Below are positions 8,501 to 16,782 of a stretch of DNA of 32,000 nucleotides, in pieces. This DNA is from Pyrobaculum aerophilum str. IM2 (lineage in GTDB: Archaea > Thermoproteota > Thermoprotei > Thermoproteales > Thermoproteaceae): NCBI RefSeq assembly GCF_000007225.1, contig NC_003364.1:90001-122000 (forward strand), given 5' to 3'. Positions within the stretch are counted from its first letter, which is position 1; every line of letters starts with the position of its first letter. Under the pieces are notes generated by a model that made no database searches, was not told the origin of the DNA, and saw nothing but the letters and a program-made list of their open reading frames with translations. A program made the position numbers and the translations under genes.

Positions 8501-11005
8501 TGCAAGCGCCGTTGAATCTCAAAAAGAGGATTGAAAGAACTATATAACAAAACTAGAGCCGCTGTTGAGGAAGGCTAAGAATCTCAAAAAGAGGATTGAA
8601 AGCTTGAACTCAACGTCTCCAAGCATTTGTTTATACACGAGCACGCGGGGGAATCTCAAAAAGAGGATTGAAAGCGACGCCCGTATCGTCTACTTTCACG
8701 GCGGGCTTCTTGACAACGGGAATCTCAAAAAGAGGATTGAAAGCACTATTTTGAAGAGTGGCATGTCCATTTTGGCGTCTCTCTTTGAATCTCAAAAAGA
8801 GGATTGAAAGGTGCCCCCTCGTGGCCCGGTACCGGGCCCTGACGGCCGCGAGAGAATCTCAAAAAGAGGATTGAAAGCGCTGTCCCAGTTGCGGCGGGTT
8901 GGTGTTGGCGGTCGGCGGAAGAATCTCAAAAAGAGGATTGAAAGAGCCGCGGCGCCTCTTCACGAGCCCGATGGCGGCGAGCTGCCGAATCTCAAAAAGA
9001 GGATTGAAAGGAAAAACAAACCTTTTTCAAGAAACTACACCAGGCCCTATAGGGGCCAGGAATCTCAAAAAGAGGATTGAAAGCTGAGTTGACTGATAAG
9101 TTCATACGGCCCAATATGACGACACGAATCTCAAAAAGAGGATTGAAAGCCTCAAAGCCGCTACAATAATCATCGAGGAGTATTCAAAAGAAGAATCTCA
9201 AAAAGAGGATTGAAAGTTGAGACTGTGGAGTTCGACATGGTGCGAACAGTGGCTGGTCTCGAGAATCTCAAAAAGAGGATTGAAAGTTTACCTATGTTGA
9301 AACTGATATGCGACTAGTGGACTGTATGGAATCTCAAAAAGAGGATTGAAAGTGTCCAATGAGCACATCTTCAATAGAGGCACCTCTATGCGGAATCTCA
9401 AAAAGAGGATTGAAAGAATACGCCTTCCTCGACTCGTGGTCGGCGTAGCACATAATCGTCGAATCTCAAAAAGAGGATTGAAAGAAGATTTTAGTCATCT
9501 CCTCCGCCACCAGGAACACTATCCTTGCGGGGGAATCTCAAAAAGAGGATTGAAAGCGGGAGATTGGGCAGGTTCGCCGCCTATGGGGACAATATCATCT
9601 TGAATCTCAAAAAGAGGATTGAAAGTATCTAAATCAGCTTGTGCGTGGCTTGATAAGCAAAAACATGCTGGGGAATCTCAAAAAGAGGATTGAAAGGTGA
9701 CGTCTAGATTGGGCAGGAGTGTTTTAGCCCTCTCCCCCGCCGAATCTCAAAAAGAGGATTGAAAGTGTACTGCTGAGTGGCGTTTATCTTGACGGCGATG
9801 TAGGTCTCGGTGAATCTCAAAAAGAGGATTGAAAGAAGATCCTCAAGCCACACCACTCTGCCGCAGAGCGGCGTCCCTGGTGAATCTCAAAAAGAGGATT
9901 GAAAGTTCTGCCTTTCGGGCACCCTTCTCATTTGGCCCCGCCCGAAGCGAATCTCAAAAAGAGGATTGAAAGTCTGGCGAGAACTGTGTAACGACTACTA
10001 CCACACAGCCACAGGGAGAATCTCAAAAAGAGGATTGAAAGGAGGTATACTCGGCGGCGTATACATATATAGCCCTAGAGCGCTGAATCTCAAAAAGAGG
10101 ATTGAAAGACCATCGTGGAGTGCCAAGTTCGCACCCATCGAATTTACACTAGGAATCTCAAAAAGAGGATTGAAAGAAGCACGATTTGACAAAACAAGGT
10201 AAAGGGACTTGGGTTCGCCGTGAATCTCAAAAAGAGGATTGAAAGGTCCCTATACCCTGCTCCGTCCCAGTCTGTAGATGGGTCCTTGAATCTCAAAAAG
10301 AGGATTGAAAGCTGGCGAGATTGATGTTAGAGCACGCGGACGCCGTTATTGAAATACTGAATCTCAAAAAGAGGATTGAAAGGCGTTTTCATCAACAACA
10401 ACGCCCCCGTACCACTCAAGAATAATAGAATCTCAAAAAGAGGATTGAAAGGTTCAATACGTTTGAAGTTGTCTGCAATTTCCTGAACGGCCCTAGAATC
10501 TCAAAAAGAGGATTGAAAGTCTCTGTCTCGTACCTTGTAAATGTATGGCGTCTTCACAACCTGAATCTGAATCTCAAAAAGAGGATTGAAAGGTAAAAAC
10601 TATATTAACATGCCCAAACGTTATGACCGCCGTGAATCTCAAAAAGAGGATTGAAAGTGGACATTTTCGCCTCTGCTTCGGGCCCATATGATTGGACGAG
10701 AATCTCAAAAAGAGGATTGAAAGGTGGCGTTGATCTCCGCCCCGAAGCCCATGCGCGCCCCCAGCTCGGGAATCTCAAAAAGAGGATTGAAAGACACTGC
10801 AGTACCGTGCTTACATGGAATATAGAAGTAGCGCTTACCGAATCTCAAAAAGAGGATTGAAAGTCCGGCACCCTCCCAGTGTGCCTCTTCATAAGGGCGA
10901 TTAGGTAGATGGCCCGAATCTCAAAAAGAGGATTGAAAGGATCTTCGCGCTGAACAGGCGCAACATGTTCTCGCTGAGTTCGAATCTCAAAAAGAGGATT
11001 GAAAG
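5531..11005 (+). CRISPR. CRISPR array: 81 x 24-nt repeat GAATCTCAAAAAGAGGATTGAAAG with 80 spacers of 35-53 nt
   Basis: I located every repeat by reading the sequence, from 5531..5554 to 10982..11005, and noticed no variant copies. The repeat 3' end ATTGAAAG is the 8-nt crRNA 5' handle known for archaeal type I-A/III systems, which implies + strand transcription. Confidence 0.98.
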
Positions 11006-11053
11006 TTAGAAATAAGCTACGGGAAACAAAGCTCAATGAGTTTGTCTAGCCGA

Positions 11054-11079
11054 TTTTGGATTGTTGGCTTAGATTTTTT
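11054..11079 (+). terminator. oligo-T tracts downstream of the array (possible pre-crRNA terminator)
   Basis: T4 (11054-11057) and T6 (11074-11079) follow the last repeat on the + strand, and archaeal termination uses oligo-T. The T6 lies inside the 3' end of cas4 on the other strand. Confidence 0.3.
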
Positions 11080-11641
11080 CTACGTGGGGAGATGTGAAGC
11101 CGCAGTATTTACGGTACCAGCAACTGGGGCATTTGGCCGGGTGGTAGGCGGGTGTGGGGGTCCAGCCGTTTTGTATTTTCCTTATCTGCTGGGCCGTATG
11201 TTTTACTAGCTCTACGAGGTCGCGGGTCAGGGCTATGTATTTTACCTCTCCTGTCTCCGTGTAGTATATATAGGCCGAGGCGACGGCTTTGCCGTAGTGG
11301 TGTTGGGCGGCGACTGCGTAGGCCGCGGCTTGTGCCTTGTGGTGGACGGGAATTTTCCTGGGGGGCTTGGCCAGTTTTACCTCTAGGGGGGCGGGCCTTC
11401 CTCTCAGCCACAGCACTGCGTCTACTACTCCGCACAAGCCTCCTCCCTCTAGGCGGGGGCTGTGTTCTATTTTCTCGGCGCCTAGGGCCTTTGCCACCGC
11501 CTCTACGGCCTCTCTCTGCACCTCCTTGCCGGCCCTCATGCGCTCAGTGGGGGGCTCCGCGGCGCCGGTCATTATGTAATAGGCCGCGGCTGGGCAGTAG
11601 AGGTATTGTCTAATCAGCGAGGGGTTAATACAAGTCGACAT
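11069..11641 (-). CDS. cas4: Cas4 RecB-like nuclease with Fe-S Cys cluster
   Basis: N-terminal YLYCP Cys, D...LEVK (D/ExK) motif, QAAAY (QxxxY), and C-terminal CPSCWYRKYC. Overlaps cas2 by 17 nt. Confidence 0.85.
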   Translation of the reverse strand: MSTCINPSLIRQYLYCPAAAYYIMTGAAEPPTERMRAGKEVQREAVEAVAKALGAEKIEHSPRLEGGGLCGVVDAVLWLRGRPAPLEVKLAKPPRKIPVHHKAQAAAYAVAAQHHYGKAVASAYIYYTETGEVKYIALTRDLVELVKHTAQQIRKIQNGWTPTPAYHPAKCPSCWYRKYCGFTSPHVEKI

Positions 11642-11900
11642 TTTTCCTCGCCGGCGGGGGCGGGCCTATTCTTATCGCCGTGTCTATGGCCCGCCTGTCG
11701 ACTTTAAAGATAGTGATGTCCGCATTCGCCCCTTTGGTAATCCGCTTGAGCCTCTCCACGAGGTCTTTTAAAAGGGCTGGGTTTATGCGGCCGACGAAGA
11801 CAGAGCGTTGTATTCTCTCCAGGCCGTAGGCCTTTAGGGCGTCTGCCACTTTATTTCTAACTTCGTCTTCTGTTATGTCGTATGCAACTACGACGTACAT
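11625..11900 (-). CDS. cas2: Cas2
   Basis: 91 aa with MYVVVAYDI...RIQRSVFVG, the ferredoxin-like Cas2 signature. Overlaps cas1 by 13 nt. Confidence 0.9.
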   Translation of the reverse strand: MYVVVAYDITEDEVRNKVADALKAYGLERIQRSVFVGRINPALLKDLVERLKRITKGANADITIFKVDRRAIDTAIRIGPPPPARKNVDLY

Positions 11901-12775
11901 AAAGCCTTGGCAATAGACCTCGCCTCTCTGTGTATCTCTGCCGAGAGGGGCCTCCCGGTTGCGTTGAACTCCTCCAGCACAGCAGCCGCCAGCCTCAGCC
12001 TGGACTTGTGAGTTAAGAGGCCGTTTTCCGCCTCAAGCTCCTCCGCCAATTGGGCCACCACGGCGTCGACTCTGGGCCTCCACTGCTCCATGAAGTCTAG
12101 GACTAGGGAGGGCCTCCCCGATTTGTCCGCGTGGAGAAAGCCCACGTAGGGGTCCAGCCCCGCCAGGAGTATTGACTTAAAGCATAGGGCCTTTAGAATG
12201 CCGTAGCCGTAGTTAAGCCCTGCGTTTACAGGGTCGCGGCCTTCTTGATCCCTGCCGGGGAATCCAGTTATTTCCCGGTAGGCGGCCCAGTAGGCCTCCG
12301 CGGCGGCCGCCTCGGCCTCCATTACCTCGCGGGGCGTCGCGGCTGAGGCCAGGGCGTTTATGGCCTTGGAGATAGACTCGGCGTATGTGCCGTACTTCCC
12401 GAGCCGCCTCCTCCACCTCTTTAAATTCTCCAGCTGGCCGCGGATTTTAAGCCAGACCCACTTCTTGGCCAGCTGTAGCCCCCTCCCGTCTGTGGCCGCT
12501 GCGTATTGGCACAGCCTCTTGGCCCCGGTGGCGTCTCCCACAGGCTTCATGAAAATGCCCAGGGGCTCGCCCCTCTGGTCGAACACAGCCACCACTGCCC
12601 CTGCCCTCAGCAAGGCCCTCAAGGCCCTAGTCGATATAGAAATGCCGCCAGTTAAGAGCAACACCTCGTCTACTTGGTGGAGGGGGTACTCCCGCCTCCC
12701 CTCCCTCCCCTCCACGATTAACAGCCCCTTCTTTGCCCTTATTCTCGCCCCGTAGCTAGCGACTACGATCTGCAT
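11888..12775 (-). CDS. cas1: Cas1 integrase
   Basis: Motifs NAGLNYGYGIL, GFLHADKSGRPSLVLDFMEQWRP. I prefer the start at MQIVVASYG (12775). The ORF track's upstream Met (12820) would add a Pro/Ala-rich 15 aa that overlaps csa1. Confidence 0.9.
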   Translation of the reverse strand: MQIVVASYGARIRAKKGLLIVEGREGRREYPLHQVDEVLLLTGGISISTRALRALLRAGAVVAVFDQRGEPLGIFMKPVGDATGAKRLCQYAAATDGRGLQLAKKWVWLKIRGQLENLKRWRRRLGKYGTYAESISKAINALASAATPREVMEAEAAAAEAYWAAYREITGFPGRDQEGRDPVNAGLNYGYGILKALCFKSILLAGLDPYVGFLHADKSGRPSLVLDFMEQWRPRVDAVVAQLAEELEAENGLLTHKSRLRLAAAVLEEFNATGRPLSAEIHREARSIAKALCTS

Positions 12776-13604
12776 GGCAAATGTGGTAGAAGGGGCAGGT
12801 CTTGGGGCAGTCGGGCGCAACCCCCGGATCCCTCCCGGCGATTACAATGTCAATAGCCTCATCCCTAAGCTCTAGGAATTTCGTCCTCGCCGAGTCTCCC
12901 AAGGGGTACGCAGTGGCTTTATACTCAACTGTGCTGTTGACTGTTATTTGGACGTGGATGCCGTAGTCTATGGGGACTCCCCAGTCGGCCTCTATAGCCA
13001 TGGCGTATCCCGCCAGCGCCGCGTCGACGTTTTGAGCGGGGCCGAATTTAAACTCAATCACCGCGCCCAGCGCCACCCCGTCTGCGACCACGTAGCTCAT
13101 GCCCAGGGGTGATCCGTCCACGGCGACTTGCGTCGCTATTGGAGCGGTGTAAAAAACGGCTGAGTCTCTGCTCCTGGCGAGCCTAGCCGCCGAGACGTAG
13201 CTGTGCTCTCCAAGGAGCCTAGTGGCGACGTATTTATACAACGCCTCTGCCTTGGGCCTCACATCCTCCGGCACGCCTTCAAAACTGGGGGACATGGGGT
13301 GTCCCGAGTAGGCGTATTTCTTGTAGTCCTCCAAGGCCTTGAACAGGGCTTGATGCAGGGCTTGGCCCTCCACAAGGGCCTTAACGGCCGCCCCCCTCTC
13401 TCCCAATACATATTTCAGATAGATATTCCGCCCCGTTGGGCAGTACCCGTAGGCGAAGTCCGATAGGGCGAGGCCTAGGTAGGCCGGAGGCTTGACGGGG
13501 GGCTTGTCGTAATTCCAGCCCCTGTATTCGGGACTGATCTCCACGGGGCCCCAGGTGATCTTGGCCCTCCTGAGGAGGCGGGCGATTTCCTGAAGAGTTA
13601 ACAC
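12756..13604 (-). CDS. csa1: Csa1 (Cas4-family RecB-like nuclease of type I-A adaptation modules)
   Basis: 282 aa with VIEFKFG (ExK) and C-terminal CPKTCPFYHIC Cys cluster. It lies immediately upstream of cas1, as in known I-A loci. GTG start. Confidence 0.7.
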   Translation of the reverse strand: MLTLQEIARLLRRAKITWGPVEISPEYRGWNYDKPPVKPPAYLGLALSDFAYGYCPTGRNIYLKYVLGERGAAVKALVEGQALHQALFKALEDYKKYAYSGHPMSPSFEGVPEDVRPKAEALYKYVATRLLGEHSYVSAARLARSRDSAVFYTAPIATQVAVDGSPLGMSYVVADGVALGAVIEFKFGPAQNVDAALAGYAMAIEADWGVPIDYGIHVQITVNSTVEYKATAYPLGDSARTKFLELRDEAIDIVIAGRDPGVAPDCPKTCPFYHICHADRSR

Positions 13605-13682
13605 AAAGTTTTAGTAATCTCCCCGTATTATCCGTTTAGTTCTGCAGTGGAAAAAGTTTTATTTGCAGGTGCCTGCAGTTTA
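13605..13682. promoter_or_regulatory. divergent csa1 / csa3 promoter region
   Basis: 78-bp intergenic region. AAAAAGTTTTATTT (13651-13664) lies about 25 nt upstream of the csa3 ATG at 13683. GATAATA on the - strand lies about 30 nt upstream of the csa1 GTG. Confidence 0.4.
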
Positions 13683-14288
13683 ATGCGCCTAGCAGTTACT
13701 GTGGGGTTTGACGCACGGCTAGTTGTAAGAGCCTTGGCCAATATACCGGCGCGCGAAGTAACCCTCGTACGCGGTGCCACGGGCAACGAAGGCGACGCCA
13801 AGTCCAAGGAGGCGGTAGCGGAGATTATAAAGGCTTTAGGCAAAGGCACTGAGTATGTAGTAAATCTCCGCGATCCTGCAGAGGGCTTACGGCAATTTTA
13901 TTCTCTCCAATTCGATGAGATTGCTCTAGCTGGCGGCCCCCGACTCCTCATATTGCTGGGATTTGTTGTTGCAGCGTTGAAAAAGGCGAGGATATTCGTG
14001 GTACCCGAATACAGTAGTGAGGCGATAGACGTCAGCGGACTTGCCGCAGTAACAAAACTTTTTGGGCTGTCTAGAAGAAAACTGGAAATTCTCGCCGTTT
14101 TGGACGGCGAAAAAGATGTCGATACTATTGCACGAGAAGTGGGGCTGGACAACTCCACCGTATACCGCCATTTAGTGACTTTAGAGGAGGAAGGCTTAAC
14201 AAAGAGTGTGGGTAAAAGGGGAAAAAGATACCACACTGACAAGCTGATTTCGACACTTTCCTCACTAATCTTAAAGACGGAGCCATGA
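13683..14288 (+). CDS. csa3: Csa3 CRISPR-associated transcriptional regulator (CARF + winged HTH)
   Basis: The N-terminus MRLAVTVGFD is typical of Csa3 CARF domains. The C-terminal wHTH is LEILAVLDGEKDVDTIAREVGLDNSTVYRHLVTLEEEGL. I prefer the ATG at 13683 over the GTG at 13647. Confidence 0.8.
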   Translation: MRLAVTVGFDARLVVRALANIPAREVTLVRGATGNEGDAKSKEAVAEIIKALGKGTEYVVNLRDPAEGLRQFYSLQFDEIALAGGPRLLILLGFVVAALKKARIFVVPEYSSEAIDVSGLAAVTKLFGLSRRKLEILAVLDGEKDVDTIAREVGLDNSTVYRHLVTLEEEGLTKSVGKRGKRYHTDKLISTLSSLILKTEP

Positions 14289-14863
14289 AATGCCCCTGTA
14301 TTGCGAGAGTTTGCCGAGATGGTGAGGAGAGGCTATCTTCAGAGTCACATGGGGGTATAACACACTCCAACACAGACAAACATGACATAAAGATTCCTCT
14401 GTCTAAAACTCTGTATCTTCGATTGCCGTGTATGGAGCTCCACGATTGCAATGTAAAAGAACACTACAGTAGAATTGTATATGACTATGATGTCGTTAAT
14501 TGTTGCAATGAATGTTGCAAAGGGAATGCACTAGTCGATTGTGTGTTGAAATGTAGTGATAAGATGGTAGGCATTGAGTTTAAAGGATTATGCAAAGAGG
14601 TCATGCGCATCGACGGTCAGAGGGACAAGGATCTGTCAGAGGAATTATGCAGGTATATTACTGAAAAGTCTGAGCAAAAGAAGAAAGTAGGTTGTGGTTT
14701 AGCCGTAGATAACATAGCAGTAATATTTGTTAGCTCTCACCTATATTGGTATATGTTTGCCTTGAAATGTTTTAATAAAGAAGTCAAGATTGTTTCTCTA
14801 CGTAATATTTGTAATGTAACTAGTAATTTGTGTGAAGGGGGAATTTTCTTTGCTAAATTATGA
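14285..14863 (+). CDS. cysteine-rich hypothetical protein with PD-(D/E)xK-like motif
   Basis: 192 aa with 17 Cys, including CCNECC (73-78). Contains D85-x12-E98-F-K100 (LVDCVLKCSDKMVGIEFK). Its ATG overlaps the csa3 stop (ATGA). By eye, the lowest-GC segment I noticed. No family recognised. Confidence 0.5.
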   Translation: MKCPCIARVCRDGEERLSSESHGGITHSNTDKHDIKIPLSKTLYLRLPCMELHDCNVKEHYSRIVYDYDVVNCCNECCKGNALVDCVLKCSDKMVGIEFKGLCKEVMRIDGQRDKDLSEELCRYITEKSEQKKKVGCGLAVDNIAVIFVSSHLYWYMFALKCFNKEVKIVSLRNICNVTSNLCEGGIFFAKL

Positions 14864-15754
14864 AATCTTTATTATTTTAACGCCGTATATTGCAGCAATA
14901 GTTTCTGTATATGTTTCAATATATGCCGTAAGTGGGCTATAGCGTTCTGCTTTTCTATCCTTAATAACATATAATACCGAATCCGCCTCAACACTTATAC
15001 CTTTAACTAATTCACTCATTCGGCGAGGACGTGCTATCATATCTACGAAAAAGACATCGTGTGTGGATGCTATTACGTATTTGCCACAACTGGCAAGGCG
15101 GTGGATAAGATATGCCATAAGCGCCTTTGCCATTGGGTGAAGACCTGCTTCGGCATCGTCTATTAGGATAATATCATAATCGTCAAGAAGCCCTCTGTTC
15201 ATAGCGGCTAGCAACACGCCGAGTTTCACTACAGCAGTAGAAGAGTGGATAATATCTATTAAATCACCGTCTAATTCTTCGCTGAGTTTGAGACCAGTAG
15301 GTACTACTTTATACTCGGTCTCAACTACTAAGGGGCACTTTGGCTTGCGTGTGAAACGAATCTCTAATAAGTTTAAGAGCTGATTGAAAGAGTAGTACGG
15401 CTCGTAAGGAGGTACAAAATGGTGTTTTACAATTGTCTCAACCTCGTTTGGGAAGAATAGCGTGTTTAGACTAAGCGATCCCACAGCTGTGCACTCCTCC
15501 TTAGAGCAATGTACCTCTAGCTCTTCATTGCCCCTTTTGGCTTGGAGGAGCGTCCACTCTTCAGCGCGTTTGATTGTCTGTGTTATGAGTATTAGATCTT
15601 TCGGCACACGGCCCTCCCTCTTGAGGTAGAAGGCGTCGTAAATTAGCCTAAGGAGTGTAGTCTTCCCCGACTTGGGGGGTCCGAGCAAGAGCGTAACCGG
15701 GGCCAGCTCTAGCTCCACTTCAAGTCTTCCGGGCAGGTTTATTTTAATTTCCAT
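14858..15754 (-). CDS. ABC/SMC-like (AAA_21-type) ATPase, not a core Cas protein
   Basis: Walker A GPPKSGKTT, Walker B-like IILIDDAEAGLHP, H-loop-like IASTHD. Its start lies 16 nt inside the 3' end of cas8a2 on the same strand. Its stop codon abuts the stop of ORF 14285..14863. Confidence 0.8.
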   Translation of the reverse strand: MEIKINLPGRLEVELELAPVTLLLGPPKSGKTTLLRLIYDAFYLKREGRVPKDLILITQTIKRAEEWTLLQAKRGNEELEVHCSKEECTAVGSLSLNTLFFPNEVETIVKHHFVPPYEPYYSFNQLLNLLEIRFTRKPKCPLVVETEYKVVPTGLKLSEELDGDLIDIIHSSTAVVKLGVLLAAMNRGLLDDYDIILIDDAEAGLHPMAKALMAYLIHRLASCGKYVIASTHDVFFVDMIARPRRMSELVKGISVEADSVLYVIKDRKAERYSPLTAYIETYTETIAAIYGVKIIKIS

Positions 15755-16782
15755 GTAAATAGAATTTCAGCTAATATATCAACTTGTCTCCAATCCTCGG
15801 CGCATTTACCACTAGTAGATAGAGCCCTCACTACGGTGTATTCATCGCCGCCGAACAACACGACCTCGGTTAGTTGCGCTAATATCTCGGGACCTTCTAA
15901 GGCTAGGCATTCTACAAATTTAGGCCATCCCCTCGTCTTGTTCTTGACCTCGGCTATGAACTCCATTATTCTGCTTAGATCGAGCGCCATCGCGTCGGTA
16001 ACCCGTTGGAAGTTCCCACGCTTCTCGGTTACCCATACCAAAATGTCCAGAGATTCCTCCGTGGCGTATAGGGTCTCTCCGGTTGAGAGCCAGTAGAGGG
16101 GATAGGCCAGTGTGGGCATCTCCTGGCTCCTGACGAGATAACCCTCCGTTAGTCTCTGGAGGAGAGCTAGGTCGGCTATAGATATGCGCCCTCTTGGCGC
16201 TGGTGTCAGCTGCACTACCCTCCTCCCATCACGTGTGATTATGACTATTGTAGTCGCTCCGTATAAAAAGCCTATATTCAAGTAGGCGAAACACGTATGA
16301 CAAACGCCGAAAGCCTTATTCTCTTTTGCCACTCTGTTTTCAATAAAATACTTACCATATATCGGCGACAGCGTGAGGTATACCGTAGACAGCCTTCTGG
16401 AGGCTGTCCTTCCCTCTCTGAATTTCGCCTTGTGGTCCAGGGTAAATACGCTGAGTTCCGCGTTCACCAATGCCTCGCTGAGCTGGGCGAGCCAGCTTCT
16501 CGTCGCGCTGATGTTTATGTTGGCGTCAAATATCTTGCGGAGACGGCCCACGGGCTCTTCTCCATCTACGACGTAACGCTCTATTTCGAACAAGAGGAGC
16601 TCAACGGATTCGATATCGGCCAAGGCTCGGGGTTCGCCCTCGAACGATATCTTGTACCTCTCGCCCAGCCTTTCGACGTATCCCTCGACGATGCCGGAGG
16701 CCGCGAGGTGCCTCACAACGCCGTGCATTATCAATGTGTCGGCAAATACGTCGTGGCCCGGGGTGTATATCTCCTTCAACAT
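15739..16782 (-). CDS. cas8a2: Cas8a2 (Csa4/Csx9) large subunit of type I-A Cascade
   Basis: Called mainly on position (downstream of cas3'') and size (347 aa from MLKEIYTPGHD), plus an internal CHTC motif and LSPIYGKY. The ORF track's upstream Met at 16875 would overlap cas3'' by 100 nt. Confidence 0.6.
   Translation of the reverse strand: MLKEIYTPGHDVFADTLIMHGVVRHLAASGIVEGYVERLGERYKISFEGEPRALADIESVELLLFEIERYVVDGEEPVGRLRKIFDANINISATRSWLAQLSEALVNAELSVFTLDHKAKFREGRTASRRLSTVYLTLSPIYGKYFIENRVAKENKAFGVCHTCFAYLNIGFLYGATTIVIITRDGRRVVQLTPAPRGRISIADLALLQRLTEGYLVRSQEMPTLAYPLYWLSTGETLYATEESLDILVWVTEKRGNFQRVTDAMALDLSRIMEFIAEVKNKTRGWPKFVECLALEGPEILAQLTEVVLFGGDEYTVVRALSTSGKCAEDWRQVDILAEILFTWKLK

Noticed and set aside
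5289-11036. About 25 ORFs of 60-136 aa in the track, on both strands, across the CRISPR array.
   Set aside because: They are periodic translations of the repeat itself (NLKKRIE, ISKRGLK, ESQKED on +; FNPLFEI, SILFLRF, FQSSF on -) joined by random spacer sequence. This is an artefact of a stop-free repeat.
12776-12820. Longer N-terminal extensions in the ORF track for cas1 (to 12820), cas8a2 (to 16875), csa5 (to 21435), folD (from 27734), purQ (to 30448), csa3 (from 13647) and the MFS gene (from 1807).
   Set aside because: In each case an internal start gives an N-terminus matching the family consensus, removes a large overlap with the upstream gene, and/or sits about 25 nt downstream of a TATA-like box.
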